A stretch of DNA of 64,000 nt, taken from positions 239,754,001 to 239,818,000 of the forward strand of contig CM097882.1 of the NCBI GenBank assembly GCA_044892505.1, read 5' to 3'. Numbering within the stretch: position 1 is the first letter of the stretch; the number at the start of each line of letters is the position of its first letter. Positions 46,861 through 60,082 of the stretch are shown in pieces. The position numbers and the translations under genes were made by a program. Source of the DNA: Schmidtea nova (Eukaryota). The notes beneath the pieces were generated by a model. That model ran no database searches and had not been told where the DNA came from. It worked only from the letters and a program-made list of their open reading frames with translations.

Positions 46861-46913
46861 AGTTTTTATGATTTTTATTTTTGTATTTTTCTAATTTTTA
46901 CTAAACCCCAACA
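46852..46913 (-). repeat. 62-bp stub of the 5' LTR fused directly to mid-gag
   Basis: Matches 29985-30046 with one mismatch. The junction falls in TTAGTAACAA, which reads LVT in the gag frame. Confidence 0.9.
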
Positions 46914-47360
46914 AAATCTATCATGAGAAACATCAGTTAAACAAATTAATAACAGAACACATGGAAATAAATTAAATAAAACATGTTAATAATTTAAACT
47001 GAACAAAAGCGCATCAAGTATACACGTTGAAAACACAATTATAACATAAAAACATCAATTGCAGAATAAAATTACAAATTTGGAAAAATTCACATATTTT
47101 CGGAAAGAATATTTCTATTTTTATCTTAAAAACTTGTAAATTATAAAATAAAATTGATTTAAATAAAAATTTAGTAAATCTAACTAAATTAGTAAAAACT
47201 TTAATTCAAAATAAAAATTTTGGATTAAAATAAATTAACTAAATTTTTTATAAAACTTTACACAAAATAATAATTTAATTTTCCCTAAAATCGTTAAAAT
47301 AAATTTTGAAAAAATCGAAAATTCAACCTAGTATATTTGTTTTAAACACACCCCAGAATA

Positions 47361-50300
47361 ATGAAGAGTCCGAAAAAAATTTTTTATGATACACCCGCCG
47401 TTAACCAGTGCTTAGTTGAATGTCTTCACATAGACATTCCTAGCACTGGTCAGAAAGAAGATCCCGATCAAGCTATTATTTCATATAAAAACAATAACTT
47501 AATTTTTCCTTCTAGAACATCATCCTTACAACCTCTCGAAACTATGAAGAAATATAACAAAACCCAGAATTTTTCCATCAACATTAAACTATCCATCTCA
47601 AACCCTATTCCCAATTCTACTTATGTAAATACCACCGATGGAACTCTCAACCCAAATGATAATAAAATAATATCTCAAAAATCAGAGAATTTGAAATCCA
47701 ATAAAATTACAGAATCTCTAACTAAGTCTGAAGAATTCAATTCTAATTTAGAAATTTTTACTAATAAAAATTTCAAAAAGAAAAATAATGAAAATCATTA
47801 CTACTTTAATAATAAAAATTACCATTCGAATCAAGAAACGTATAATAAATCCTATAGAAAAGAATATCATAATAAAAATTTAAAAAATAAAAATTTCAAT
47901 TTCGAAAACTATGAAAAATATGATAATAACACCAATTATTATAAAAATACTGAAGAACCTAATAAAAAATATCAACTTAAAAACTATGAAAATAATAAAA
48001 ATAAAATACCAAAATTTGAAAATAAAGAAGAATATTATAACACCAATGAAATGAATACAGAAGATTATATAAAAATTAAAAAATTTAACTTTTTAAATGA
48101 TTATTATCAAAAAAAACCGAAAATATTTTAAAAAACTCGAAAAAATTCCTATAAATAGAATTATTTTCGAAATTTTAAAATCAAAAGCATTTTTTGAAAA
48201 TAGGGAAAATTTGTTTAAATTAAAAGCAAATTTCAGAGTTCCCGATAATGAAGAGTCCGAAAAAAATTTTTTGCCCCCCGCAGGGGGGCAAAAAACTCGT
48301 CCGCCTACGGCGGAAAATCAGAATGTAAATATCCCAGCAACTGAAAAAAAAGAACTATTCGGTTTTGAGAAAAACCCAAGATATCGTAACATCAGAAAAA
48401 TTAAAACTAATAAATCAATTACTCCGACAACATCAACAACAACATCAATTATCCCATCTACTTCAATTGTCCCACTCACATAAATTGTCCTACCAACATC
48501 AAGTGTCATACCAAAATCAATTGTCCCATCAATATCACTTGTCCCTTCAACATCAAAAGATCCTTCAACATCTAATGCTTTCCCTACATCTAATGCTCCT
48601 TCAACACCAAATGCTTCTTCAACACCAAAGGTTCATCCAACATCCAAAACTCCTTCAACATCAACTACCCCTTCAAAAACAACAGATCTTCCATCATCAA
48701 CTGGCCCTACTGCCACTACTCCTTCAACATCTACTGTACCTTCAACATCAACTGCTCCGTCTACTTCAACTGCTCCTTCAACATCAACTGCTCCTTCAAC
48801 ATCAACTGCTCCTTCAACATCAACTGCTCCTTCAACATCAACTGCTCCTTCAACATCAACTGCTCCTTCAACATCAACTGCTCCTTCAACATCAACTGCT
48901 CCTTCAACATCAACTGCTCCTTCAACATCAACTGCTCCTTCAACATCAACTGCTCCTTCAACATCAACTGCTCCTTCAACATCAACTGCTCCTTCAACAT
49001 CAACTGCTCCTTCAACATCAACTGCTCCTTCAACATCAACTGCTCCTTCAACATCAACTGCTCCTTCAACATCAACTGTTCCTTCAACATCAACTGTTCC
49101 TTCAACATCAACTGTTCCTTCAACATCAACTGTTCCTTCAACATCAACTGCTCCCTCAACATCAACTGCTCCTTCAACATCAACTGCTCCTTCAACATCA
49201 ACTGCATCTTCAACCCCAACTGCTCCTCATAAATCCCTCCCAAACATAAATACCACACAAATTGCTACCCACACTGTCCCGAATGATATTGCCATAGCAA
49301 ATCTGTATTACTCATTTTATAAACCCTCTATACAGATCAAAGGAAAACCTGATGAAATATTCCGTATCATTGAAAAAACTCCAGTAAACTGGGATATCTT
49401 TAATCAGGAAAGGTTAATAAAAACTGAAGATATCAAAAATTTAAACAATTCACAAATTCGAGTATTAGTGAAAGAATATGCCTCGCTCCTCTACTCACTG
49501 AACAACATTAAACAAGAAAATTTGAAACTACTTCAAGCTGCAAATGAAAACTTTATTGCATGGCAACCAATACTCGAAAAAATAGGAGGAATCACAGATT
49601 TCATTAAAATTAAGAACTTACAGAAAGAAGTCATTGAAGATTTATTTAAAAAATATCACAATATCCACACCACTCCATCAACTACTCCATCAACATCTAC
49701 TATTCCCCCAACGGCAACCACTAGTTCAACATCTACGGGTCCTTCAACATCTACTGCTCTCTCAACATCTACTACTCTTTCAACATCTACTACTCCTTCA
49801 ACATCTACTACTCCTTCAACATCTACTACTCCCTTGACCTCTACTGCTCCTTCAACAGCGACTGACCCTTCAACATCTACTGCTCCCTCAACCTCTACTG
49901 TTACTCCAACAGCCACTGATCCCTCAACATCTACTAATCCATCAACTTCTAAACAATCAAACAATATCTTCATCTTCGGTTCTACACCCTCAAATCCTAC
50001 AAATATTTCATGTAACACTAATATCCACAAATACAATACCAGATTGAATACTAAAATTATCTCTCTCCCAGATAAAGAACAGACTGCTTCCTATTACACA
50101 ACTTATAATCCAACACCCTCCGAAAAAAGAAAACCACTTGAAATATTTAAAATCATCCATAAAACTCCAATTTTTTGGGCCATCTTTAACAAAAATAAAA
50201 AACTCACCACTAAGGATATTCACTCGATGAATGAGCCAACAATTGAAGACCTGATAAATCACTATATCGTTTTCTTCTCTTCCCCTCCACTTCATCTGGA

Positions 50301-50817
50301 TAAATCAATAACATTCCAAGTAATTCATAATGATATATACAACTGGCTCCCTGCCTTGGAAATTTATGGAATCACAGACTACCTTACCCTATGCAACTTA
50401 TCAGCAAACGACATGAATAAACTTAACTTTGAATACAACAATGAAAGTACTCAATCACAAAAAGACCTCATTGAATTTGCAGGAGAATCCATGTTCAATA
50501 CTACCCAAAGACCTATTGAGAAAATTTATGCATCAGTTAGCATTATCGACCTGATGTATGACATCTCCAAATTAAAAAATAAAATGATTAATAATGAAGA
50601 AAAGAGAATTTCAATATCACACTGCAAACCCCCAACTTGGTTCCCTCTCTTATGCATCCTAGGTGAGGACGCCATCGATTATCTAGAAATATCAAAATCT
50701 GAATTCATTAAAATGTTGATTAAAGCCCAAACATTTCATAAAGAAAGTCACTTTGTATCAATTGACCTTCCTGAAGATGACCTGGATAAAATGATGTGTG
50801 AATATTTACACATATAA
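47361..50817 (+). pseudogene. Unassigned ~1150-codon ORF (one frameshift, one stop): N/K-rich N-terminus, mucin-like S/T/P arrays, duplicated unknown domain
   Basis: 47361-48131 overlaps the frame of 48097, which is open to 50817 except for TAA at 48481 (probably TCA>TAA). No recognisable family motif. Confidence 0.6.
48720..49215 (+). repeat. 18-bp tandem array (CCTTCAACATCAACTGCT, encoding PSTSTA), roughly 25 units
   Basis: Near-perfect minisatellite, with a block of GTT variant units. Confidence 0.97.
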
Positions 50818-50850
50818 AAAATCTCTATCTCCCAATCAATCCTATCTTCC

Positions 50851-51300
50851 TGAATCCAATCTCCTGCTCTTAGATTCACACCTGCTCAACATTTTCAATC
50901 TTCCAATCAATTGTTGATCCTACTCACACCATTCCACAACATGTTCACCGAAACAAACTACTACCTCCTGCTCTAAGATTCGCACCTGCTCAATATTCTC
51001 AATCTCTCAATCAATATTCACTCCTATTCACACCGATCCTCAACTTGTATACCGAAACAAACTGCTCATTATTCTTGATCTCCCAATCAATACTCGCCTC
51101 TTGAATCCAATCTCTTGCTCTAAGATTCACACCTGCTCAATATTCTCAATTTCCCAATCAATAGTCAATCCTACCCACACCATTCAACAACATGTTCTCC
51201 GAAAAATACTACTACCTCCTGCTCTAAGATTCACACCTGCTCAATATTCTCAATCTCTCAATCAATACTCTCCTCCTGATCCAACAATCCAGTGTCCCTA
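50851..51300. repeat. Two ~250-bp tandem units, each with two copies of a ~45-bp core
   Basis: TGAATCCAATCTC at 50851 and 51102. The core CTCCTGCTCTAAGATTCACACCTGCTCAATATTCTCAAT occurs four times. Confidence 0.85.
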
Positions 51301-51676
51301 AACCAGACATTGGCTAGAAGTTTATGAAAATGCTAAAATAAGCTGGAATTAATGTCTCTGCCCTCAGGGGTGGGACTCGTTAGCCTGTCTCCTCGGAGCA
51401 GAAGTTTTTTTAAATAAAATTTGTAGGCCCACTTATCAGGGTGGGTCGCCTTATACAAAAACAAAAAAAAAAAAAAAAAAAAAAGTACTTCCCAGGAGTG
51501 TCACAGAAAACTCACCACTCTCGGATTTTTGAGAAATCAGGCGATCCTCACGGGAAGTTAGGGATCCACAGAAAGAAACTGAACTAAATTGTCACTGAGA
51601 AAAAATCATAAATATAATGTAAGGATGTCTTCATAAATAGGTAACGAATAATTCGGTTCATGCCACGATTATCCCA

Positions 51677-51939
51677 TGTCAGGTATTTCATTTTATTCGT
51701 ATCATTCGTATATTGTTATTATTTCATTCTTATTCAAATGGGTAGACTTATGTCAATTTTTTATAACTCATTATATTTTATTTTATTTATTATTTTATGA
51801 TTACGTTTTATCATTAGCGCGTATAATTATTTTGTGTGATAATAAGATAATTCAAATATTTATTCATCCAATAAATCTTCTTATTTAATCAATTTTTTTT
51901 CTTTAATAATCATTATTTTATATTATTCTTCTTTATACA
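51677..51939 (-). repeat. Candidate 3' LTR of the decayed Gypsy element (left end 51677 or 51422)
   Basis: Starts TGTATA directly after the PPT GGGGAGA (51940-51946). No partner LTR was found. Confidence 0.45.
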
Positions 51940-54900
51940 TCTCCCCGAGATTCTGGCAAATCTTCATTCCTGTGTCTTGGGTCAGCTACGTGATGTGGCG
52001 TTGCCACGGTTACATAATCGACGATTGCTTCATGCGGAGACAGCAGCTTCATGATTTTTCTTCTCATCCAGGAAGATGTACATGGTTGATTTTGCGCGGG
52101 TTTCACCCACACCTTGCGTTAATCTGAAAGCCATTGTCTATTTGTTGAGCCGTTTTGTTTGTTTCATTAAATCGAGGTCTTAGGTCATAAGCGTAAATGC
52201 TTTTTACTGGGGGTCAGAAAGAACCATTTACTGGTGTATTATTGTACCAGTAAATTGCTTCTTGCACTGAGCATTCCAATCGCGTGACTGCTGCTTTTAT
52301 TGTTTTATGGTTCCTCTCAATAATGCCGTTACCTGCTGGTCTATTAGCGGATCTGAATTCAGTTCTAATTCTCCACTTTTTCATTAGAGAAGGGAAAGTT
52401 TCTGACCTAAACGATAAGTAATTGTTCAAAAGAAGCTCGTCAGGAGGTCCTCTTTCAAAAATTACCTGTTCCAACTGCTTGTAAATCTCGTCTGCGCTTT
52501 TGTTTAGTATTTCTCCCCAAATTGCAAATCGAGAAGGACCGCAATCTATGATTGTTAAAAATTTTCTTTGATTGACATTTTTCACACTTCTCGGCAATCT
52601 CTTTGTATTCATTTGAGAAAGATTAATTCCTGCATCTCGGTCAAGAACCCAAACCGGTCTCCTCCAAAATGGCTTAATATGTGTATTTCAACTGCGTTCT
52701 TGATGGTATCTTCACCCAGGTCTAATAACGCCGTGTTACACGTATGCTTCGTTATCAATTTGCAGGAATTCTGGTTAATATGTCGGATTAATTTTGTCTG
52801 TTAGAACGTATTCTATTTCAGCCTTTATCTCATATTCAATAATAAGCTTTTTAATAATGTTGAGCCTTTTTTTTACTAACATTTCTGAGTAAGCTTTCCT
52901 TGAAACCTTTCTCTCGGATGTCAAGACATTATTCACCCAACCTTCCACGGATTTGTTATCCGACATGATTTTTACGGTCTTTAAAATCTATTTGATGCAT
53001 AAATTGATGCCTTTGACGATCGCATCAAGTTTGCACAGGTTTATGTGCCTAACGTCCTTCTCCTTTCTCAACCAGCATGCGTTTTCCATGATATTTCCGT
53101 CGATTTCTAGCGCTGCTCCTATGGCGATAGAGCTGGCTTCACACCATAAAATTTGTCATCTGTCCATTGGTGCTTTCCATATACCATGAGCCGATCATTC
53201 TTTTCAACATCCTTTATTAACCATTTAACTTTGTCTAGTAATTGTACGTCGATTAGTCTGTCCCATTCTCCTTCGCTTTATCGTTTGAGATAAGAGCACG
53301 CGGGTCGAACCCAACCTGAAACTGGAAGAATTCCGGTTAATTGACCACATAATGAATACAGTTCTCTTCAGTTCATTCTTTTTTCTTCAAATTCGTACCA
53401 GATGACATTGGCTCGGTTCCATTTTAATATTTTATCCTCAGTATGAACTGATAATCCGAGTATTCTTAGAGCTTTAGTTGACGAAGGGCGTTCAATCTCT
53501 TTTGTCATGAAGTTAAATTTACCTAGCCGGGCTTTTACTTCTTCAGCTGGGACAACTTCTTTGTCGATAAAAATATCATTTATGTACGCACTGGCTCCTT
53601 GTTTTATTTTGTCATTTAAATCCAACGCGTTAATAACGATCTCTGTCATAATATCTGGAGCGATATTGATTCCGAAGCCTAGTCTTGTCAATTCATATCG
53701 CCTTCCGTTTACAATGCATGACTAGTACTTCCACATACTCTCATCAACCCGGATTTGCATGTACGCATAAGATAAATTCAAAATCACTATTTTGTTTCCC
53801 TTCTTTCTCCAGTCCCTTATTGTTTCATTGAAAACTAGTGCTTATTCACTATATACGTCTAAATAATGAACACTGGACGTAATTTGCTCTTGTTCTTTTG
53901 CATAACCGGAAATAAAGTTACTGCTCCAACAAGCTCGCCGAACCGGTTTTCGTCATGTTTGACTAACCATCCGTTTTTGACCCACTGCTTGATGACTTTG
54001 AGTGTCTTGCCTGCTTTGGGCTTATCTGGATCTAACTTGGAGTATTGATCTGATATTGATACTTGGAGTTCTGTGTTCCAATTTCAGGATACCATCCATT
54101 CTTCGTTGAACTTTGGTTAGAAGTTATTCCTTTGAATTATCAAAACTCCGAGGTTCGTTTCCGTTTACGGCCATCAAACATTTCGATTCACATCTGAATC
54201 TGACATCTTCACTGATTGTCACGCATCCTAGTGCTATCATGGCGTTCAAACCTAAGATGACGTCATATCCCGCTATCATTTTTCTAGAAATGAAACAGTC
54301 AATGATAAAGTACTTTCCTTCTAATTTGATTTCTGCCTTGCTCTGACTCACCGGAAGTATCGATCCATCTGCTAGAAACACTTGAGAATTGGGTGATGTG
54401 ATGACTTCTCCGCGTATAATTGTTGTCGAGCAGCCGGAATCTATAAGGCATAGTTGTTTTGATCCATTTATGGAAAGGAGTCTTTCTTTTAACATATTTT
54501 TGGGATTGGAGAGACTCCTGAATATTCTTGATCCCATTGTCTTTTACCGATTTACAATTGGTGTCCAAGCATTTCACACCTGGAACATTGAATTTTTTTC
54601 TTGTTCGGACAGTTACGGGAAAAATGGTTTTCGTTACAAATGAAACATTGTACCTTCTTTATCTTCGCTGCAAAGGCAGACTGATTTCCATGAGTTAGAT
54701 TCAGTCGTAAAACGATGTCACCAATTGCGTCGATCGTCGTTGATCCTTGTCGTCTCACCTCAGCTGCAATTTCTACTAACAAGGAGTTGATTACAATGTT
54801 TATTAATAGATCTCCAGCGTAAAAAGCCTCGATTTGGAATCTCTTGTTTAACAACTTGAAGAAACATGCTTCTGAGGAGTAGGAGGATATGTCAGGTCTG

Positions 54901-54940
54901 GATCCGTATGAGTTATCGCTCGTTTTTTGGCGCCATTTTG
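51940..54940 (-). mobile_element. Decayed Gypsy-like element of the same clade as the 12058 element (gag-PR-RT-RH-IN, many frameshifts)
   Basis: PBS-like TGGCGCC (~54929-54935); CFICNENH and CSRCEMLGH knuckles; LIDSGCS; TRLGFGINIAP; YIND (mutated YIDD); HINL..LDAIVKGINL; DCGPSRFAIW; NGIIERNHKTIK. Confidence 0.92.
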
Positions 54941-57651
54941 AATTTGTGTTTTGTTTTACTTTTGGATTTTTTGTTTATTTATTAATTAATTAAATTATTA
55001 TTTATTTATTTATAATTTATTTATTATTTATTTATTTATTTATTAATTTTTTTTAATCAGTTATTTATTTATTTTTATATTATTAATTTACTTTTTTTAG
55101 TATAATTTATTATTGATATTATTATTTTTGAACACCTTCAATGATAAATGTTCAATAAAAACACTCATAAAAATATTATAAACATTCAACAAAATGAGAC
55201 AATTCTGCACAACATAAAATCACATGGTCAAATACGATAAATAATAAACTAAACATTTATTACTTATTTTATTTATTATTTTAATAATTTCATTATTAAT
55301 ATTATTATAATTTTGTTGGGCAAAAACTGAGATTTGTTTAAATGGCGCGGTATTACAGCATGTAGATAGCGCGCAAGAAGTAGATTTGAAATTCTATGAA
55401 CCAAAAACACTAAGTATAACCCAATAACAGCAGAACATATGAAATAATCGATCAAAAAAAGTTGAAAAATGGAAATGAACAAAAGCGCATTGAGTGTATA
55501 CGTGAAAAACCCATGTATAACGTGAGAACATCAATTGTGTAATAGAATAAAACATTAGAAAAAATTAACATCTTTTCGGGAGGAAATTTTCAAATTTTAG
55601 TGTAGAAATTCAAAAAATATGAAAGAAATTTGTTTTAGTTAGAAATTATGATATATATTGTCTTAGTTGATACCTTTATTATTATCTTACATTAATATTC
55701 ATGTTATTTTATCAGGTGTATTTTAAATTTTGAAAAATTTAATATTTTATATGCTTTTTCGTTTTATTTCTATTTGATTATTTTATATTTCATGAAATTA
55801 ATGTTGGACAATTTAGTCCCATTTTGAAAACCTGCAGATTTCGCCCCTTAATACAATTAACCTATATTTGATTTATTCTAATTATTGATATAATGTATTA
55901 CCATATATTTTTTATTAATGCATTTTCCATACGTCTGATGATGGTCCACCTAGCCGTTGTACCGTCATTAGTCGCTTTGGTGAATCATTAGTTCGCTGGA
56001 GTCCTTTCAGCGTTCTGATCCATTTTTTTCATCGAAGTGAGTGCATACATCCAAAAACGCTTCATCTTATACCTGGCTATATGAAGAGTAGTGAATTGGC
56101 CAAGCGCAAGGTTTTGTTCAAAGTAAATTTATTTTTATTATAATATTGTATCTATTCTTATTTATACACAAAAATCTAACTCATGAGTATACACAATGTA
56201 AAAAATGGTAAAATATGCTAGTAAATATGCAATTCTCGTAATTTCACTTTCGTCCTACTAAATGCCTTTTCGTCTCACTCCAAATGAATTCTCAAATTAT
56301 CTGAAAATCACATTTGAAAAATCGTATATTCAACAGTTATAAAAGAAAAGAATTGCTCAGATACATTAGATGATATGAAGAAAACTTAATTTTTCAGTTG
56401 AACCTCATTTCATCTGAAAGTATTTAAAAGAAAAAATTAGATTTTATTTCTGAACCTAATTTCGGGTATTCGAAGCCTTCAAGCGAAGTATTCCGAAAAA
56501 TTCGTGTCTACTTTGCTTGGAGAATTCGCATACGAACGAAATTTAGCTTGTAAAGAATCTATTTTCTAAAATATTACTACACAAAAAGTGTTGAAATTGG
56601 ATTATATTTTGATAAAAGAAAATTTACTATATAGAAAATTTTATTATTTTATAAATTTTATTGAATTATTCTTATTTCAGAATTTTATTATAAATTTTAT
56701 ATCATGAATTTATTATTAAAAATTTTTTATTATAGAATTTAGAAGTTAAAATGTAAAAAACGAAATCTAAAATATTAAATATTATATAAATTTTCTAAAA
56801 ATCGAAAATTAATTTTATATTAAATTACAAAAGTTCATAAAAATTCTAAACATATATTTGTATATTTATTTAACCATAAAATCCCTAATTCATCTCATGA
56901 AAATAACCCAAATTAACCCATAAAATCTTTTTTGCAAAATACAACATCCATTCCACTCATTAGTACCATCTTTATATAATACTATACAAAAATCCATTCA
57001 TTTATCAACACACACAAAGTAATTTCACTCAATAATGCTCATCTGCATCATACATCCATGAAATTCCCACAAGCATTTATACTATCACATCCATTATTCA
57101 TATTGCCTATTGTATTAATTGTATCCTACATACATTCACATACAATTATCACAACGAAAACTCATAATAATCTCATGAAAGTATATGTACGTACCAAATT
57201 GCTATTATTACATCGTACACAGTGATGAGCTGTAGCCGGTTCACACCGGTTCTATAGAACCGGTTGTTAATTTTTTTGTAGTTTATAGAACCGTTTGTTA
57301 AATAAGAATCAACAAATTAATTTTGTTGATACCTAATTAATAGGTGACACTATATTTAAAAACAACAAATAAATTTAAAATTTAAATATTTTCATTGCAA
57401 AGTTGGCGTTGAGATTTCTATCACTAAAAAAGTTATTATGTGTGTATTAGCAAACATTATTTTCTTTTTTTTATTAAAGTTTAGAAGTGATAATTTTGTG
57501 CTGCTTAAAAAACTATTTTTTACAAAAAATAAAATAAATTTTAACAGAAAAACAAGAATCCATTTATCTTATTTATAAACAATTATTAATATTATTATTA
57601 TCAATAATTCTCATAATGACTATAGATCAAAATTTTTTTTTATAAACAATA

Positions 57652-57684
57652 ACACAATATTTCGGCACAGCCTTTATCAAGTGT
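57652..57684 (-). ncRNA. Minimal hammerhead ribozyme (inverted copy)
   Basis: Reverse complement of 60083-60115. Confidence 0.75.
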
Positions 57685-58132
57685 GTATTTCTATCGTTAT
57701 ATTTACTTAATACTAAATAGTAGCCTTAATTATTTTTTTAATATTTTATAATGATTTTATTGGATGAAAAAATTTATTTTAATTTTTTTGTGCGAATTGA
57801 ATGTTGATGGACGGTTTGTATTTTTTTATGAAAAAAGTCTCGGAAGCTAATCTTTGTAATGAATTTTTGAATCCCTCTTGTAGAATCTGACATTTTGTTT
57901 CTTCTATAGATGGAGTTGTTTTATGTACTTTCTCCCAGTGTTCGTAATAATTACTGGTTTTGTTTTTAGTGTGTTCATTAAGTCGGGTGCGAAAAGTTCT
58001 ATGTGTTTCTCCTATGTAAGTAGCGTCACATTTTTGACAAGAAAGTTTATATACTATATTTTTGGAAAAGCAAAAGCATCGGGTTGTGGAACGGCAAAGA
58101 CATTTGTGTTTGGAAATGTTGGAAATTGGTGG

Positions 58133-59988
58133 AAATGTTAGAAATCAGCTGTTTAGAAACTAAAGTCAAAACTTTAGTCAGAGAACAAATTATCTTTCTT
58201 GAAAAACATTGCTCAACACAAAATTCTTTCACTTCAAACATAAAGAAAATTAAGAATTCCAAAGACTTCACAATTCTTCCATCAGATAAAACAAATCGAC
58301 TAATTGCCCTTGACACAGAACAATACAATACTCTATTTGAAGAACATCTCTCGAACTATGAACCGATAAACAAAATAATCTTACCTGCATCGACTCAGAT
58401 TTTATACAATAAGAAACTGTCAACACTTGCAAATAAACAAATCAACCTTCAAATCAAAGATTTACTTTTAAAATGCAACTGTAGTGAGCCCTTACCTAGT
58501 AATATGACTATGTTACCTAAAGACCACAAAAGTCCTTTAAAAGGCAGACCTCTTGTATCCGCAGTTGACACTCCTTCCACAACACTTTCTAAAGTTCTTT
58601 CAGAAATCCTAAAAACACTTTTGCCTTTGGTTCCTTCTCATCTTAAAAACACAACTGAATTCGTCTCCGAAATTACAAATACGTCTCTTCCGCTAAACGC
58701 AGGACAACAGTACTTCTGGGGATCTCTTGATGTTTCCAATCTTTACGGATCTATTCCTCTTCACGGAGAGAATAAAATTTTCGATATCGCAGCTTCTTTC
58801 TTTGAAACTCATAAAGCCAACACTGACCTCGCAGACTTAACTAAACAAGACTTTATAGAACTTCTAAAATTAGCAATAAATTCAGATACTGTCATAATTA
58901 AAGAAAAACCATTCAAACAAATTCATGGATTAGCCATGGGTAATAACCTTTCTCCCATCTTAGCCATCTTCTACATGAACTTTATAGAATCTAAGATCAT
59001 ATCTTTTTTTGGGGACAGAATACTTTTCTGGAAACGATACATCGACGACATCTTCATAGTCTCCACAATCCCTCTCAATCACATCCTATCACACGCAAAT
59101 TCTACTAACACCAACATACAATTCACTTTTGAAACACCGAACACAGAAGGTAAAATACCGTTTTTAGATACCATAGTAAGTTTCACAAAAGGCCAAGATA
59201 CACTAAATGCAAACACCGAGCTATATTCTAAAAGTTTACATAGTGGTCATATCCTCCCATGGAAAAGCTACGTTCCACTTCAACGCAAAATCGCATTACT
59301 AATAGGAGAAAGAAAAAGAGCCATAAGAAACTGTTCAGTCTCAAACAAAATACAAGAAACATTAGAAAACTTCAAAATACTATTCCTCCAAAATGGATAC
59401 CCTGAAGAATTTGTAAAGAAACACTTCCTTAACGAACCATACCACAATAAACGCAACAATAGTAAACGCCAGAAACACAATAACAAAAACAAACACACAA
59501 CATATCTAAGATTACCTTTCCTAAATGACACTACAGCCAACAAAATCACCAACATTTTTAATCAAACAGATTTGCCTATCCACATCCGTCCAACGTTCAT
59601 AACCTCCGCACCGTTAAAATCACAACTCCGAAAGCCACCAATTTCCAACATTTCCAAACACAAATGTCTTTGCCGTTCCACAACCCGATGCTTTTGCTTT
59701 TCCAAAAATATAGTATATAAACTTTCTTGTCAAAAATGTGACGCTACTTACATAGGAGAAACACATAGAACTTTTCGCACCCGACTTAATGAACACACTA
59801 AAAACAAAACCAGTAATTATTACGAACACTGGGAGAAAGTACATAAAACAACTCCATCTATAGAAGAAACAAAATGTCAGATTCTACAAGAGGGATTCAA
59901 AAATTCATTACAAAGATTAGCTTCCGAGACTTTTTTCATAAAAAAATACAAACCGTCCATCAACATTCAATTCGCACAAAAAAATTAA
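58133..59988 (+). CDS. Penelope RT + GIY-YIG endonuclease, 5'-truncated but open
   Basis: ILPSDKTN, LPKDHK..LKGRPLVS, SLDVSNLYGSIP, QIHGLAMGNNLSPILA, WKRYIDDIF, IPFLD, IVYKLSCQKCDATYIGETHRTFRTRLNEH. Confidence 0.95.
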
Positions 59989-60082
59989 AATAAATTTTTT
60001 CATCCAATAAAATCATTATAAAATATTAAAAAAATAATTAAGGCTACTATTTAGGATTAAGTAAATATAACGATAGAAATAC

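Larger units (their letters stand above)
29101..46913 (-). mobile_element. Giant Ty3/Gypsy LTR retroelement with internal envelope-like, Bcl-2-like and exonuclease cargo; 5' end internally deleted
   Basis: 3' LTR 29101-30046 with adjacent PPT; 62-bp 5' LTR stub at 46852-46913; gag-PR-RT-RH-IN order in a 3114-aa ORF. The flanks (TTCTT vs AAATC) do not form a TSD, so linkage of the two LTR pieces is not proven. Confidence 0.8.

Noticed and set aside
48365-49258. ORFs encoding (QHQLLL)n and (KEQLML)n
   Set aside because: These are alternative frames of the 18-bp PSTSTA minisatellite. The frame continuous with the flanking unique sequence is the S/T/P one.
51463-51484. Poly(A) tail of a LINE or retrocopy ending the orphan ORF unit
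   Set aside because: No matching TSD was found, and the run may lie within a TGTA...TACA LTR candidate (51422-51939). It is ambiguous.
55935-55975. Hammerhead starting CTGATGA
   Set aside because: No stem II closing into GAAA and no stem I/III partners.
58084-58132. N-terminus MWNGKDICVWKCWKLV of the Penelope ORF
   Set aside because: It is read from the inverted duplication across the inversion junction and is not a real start.
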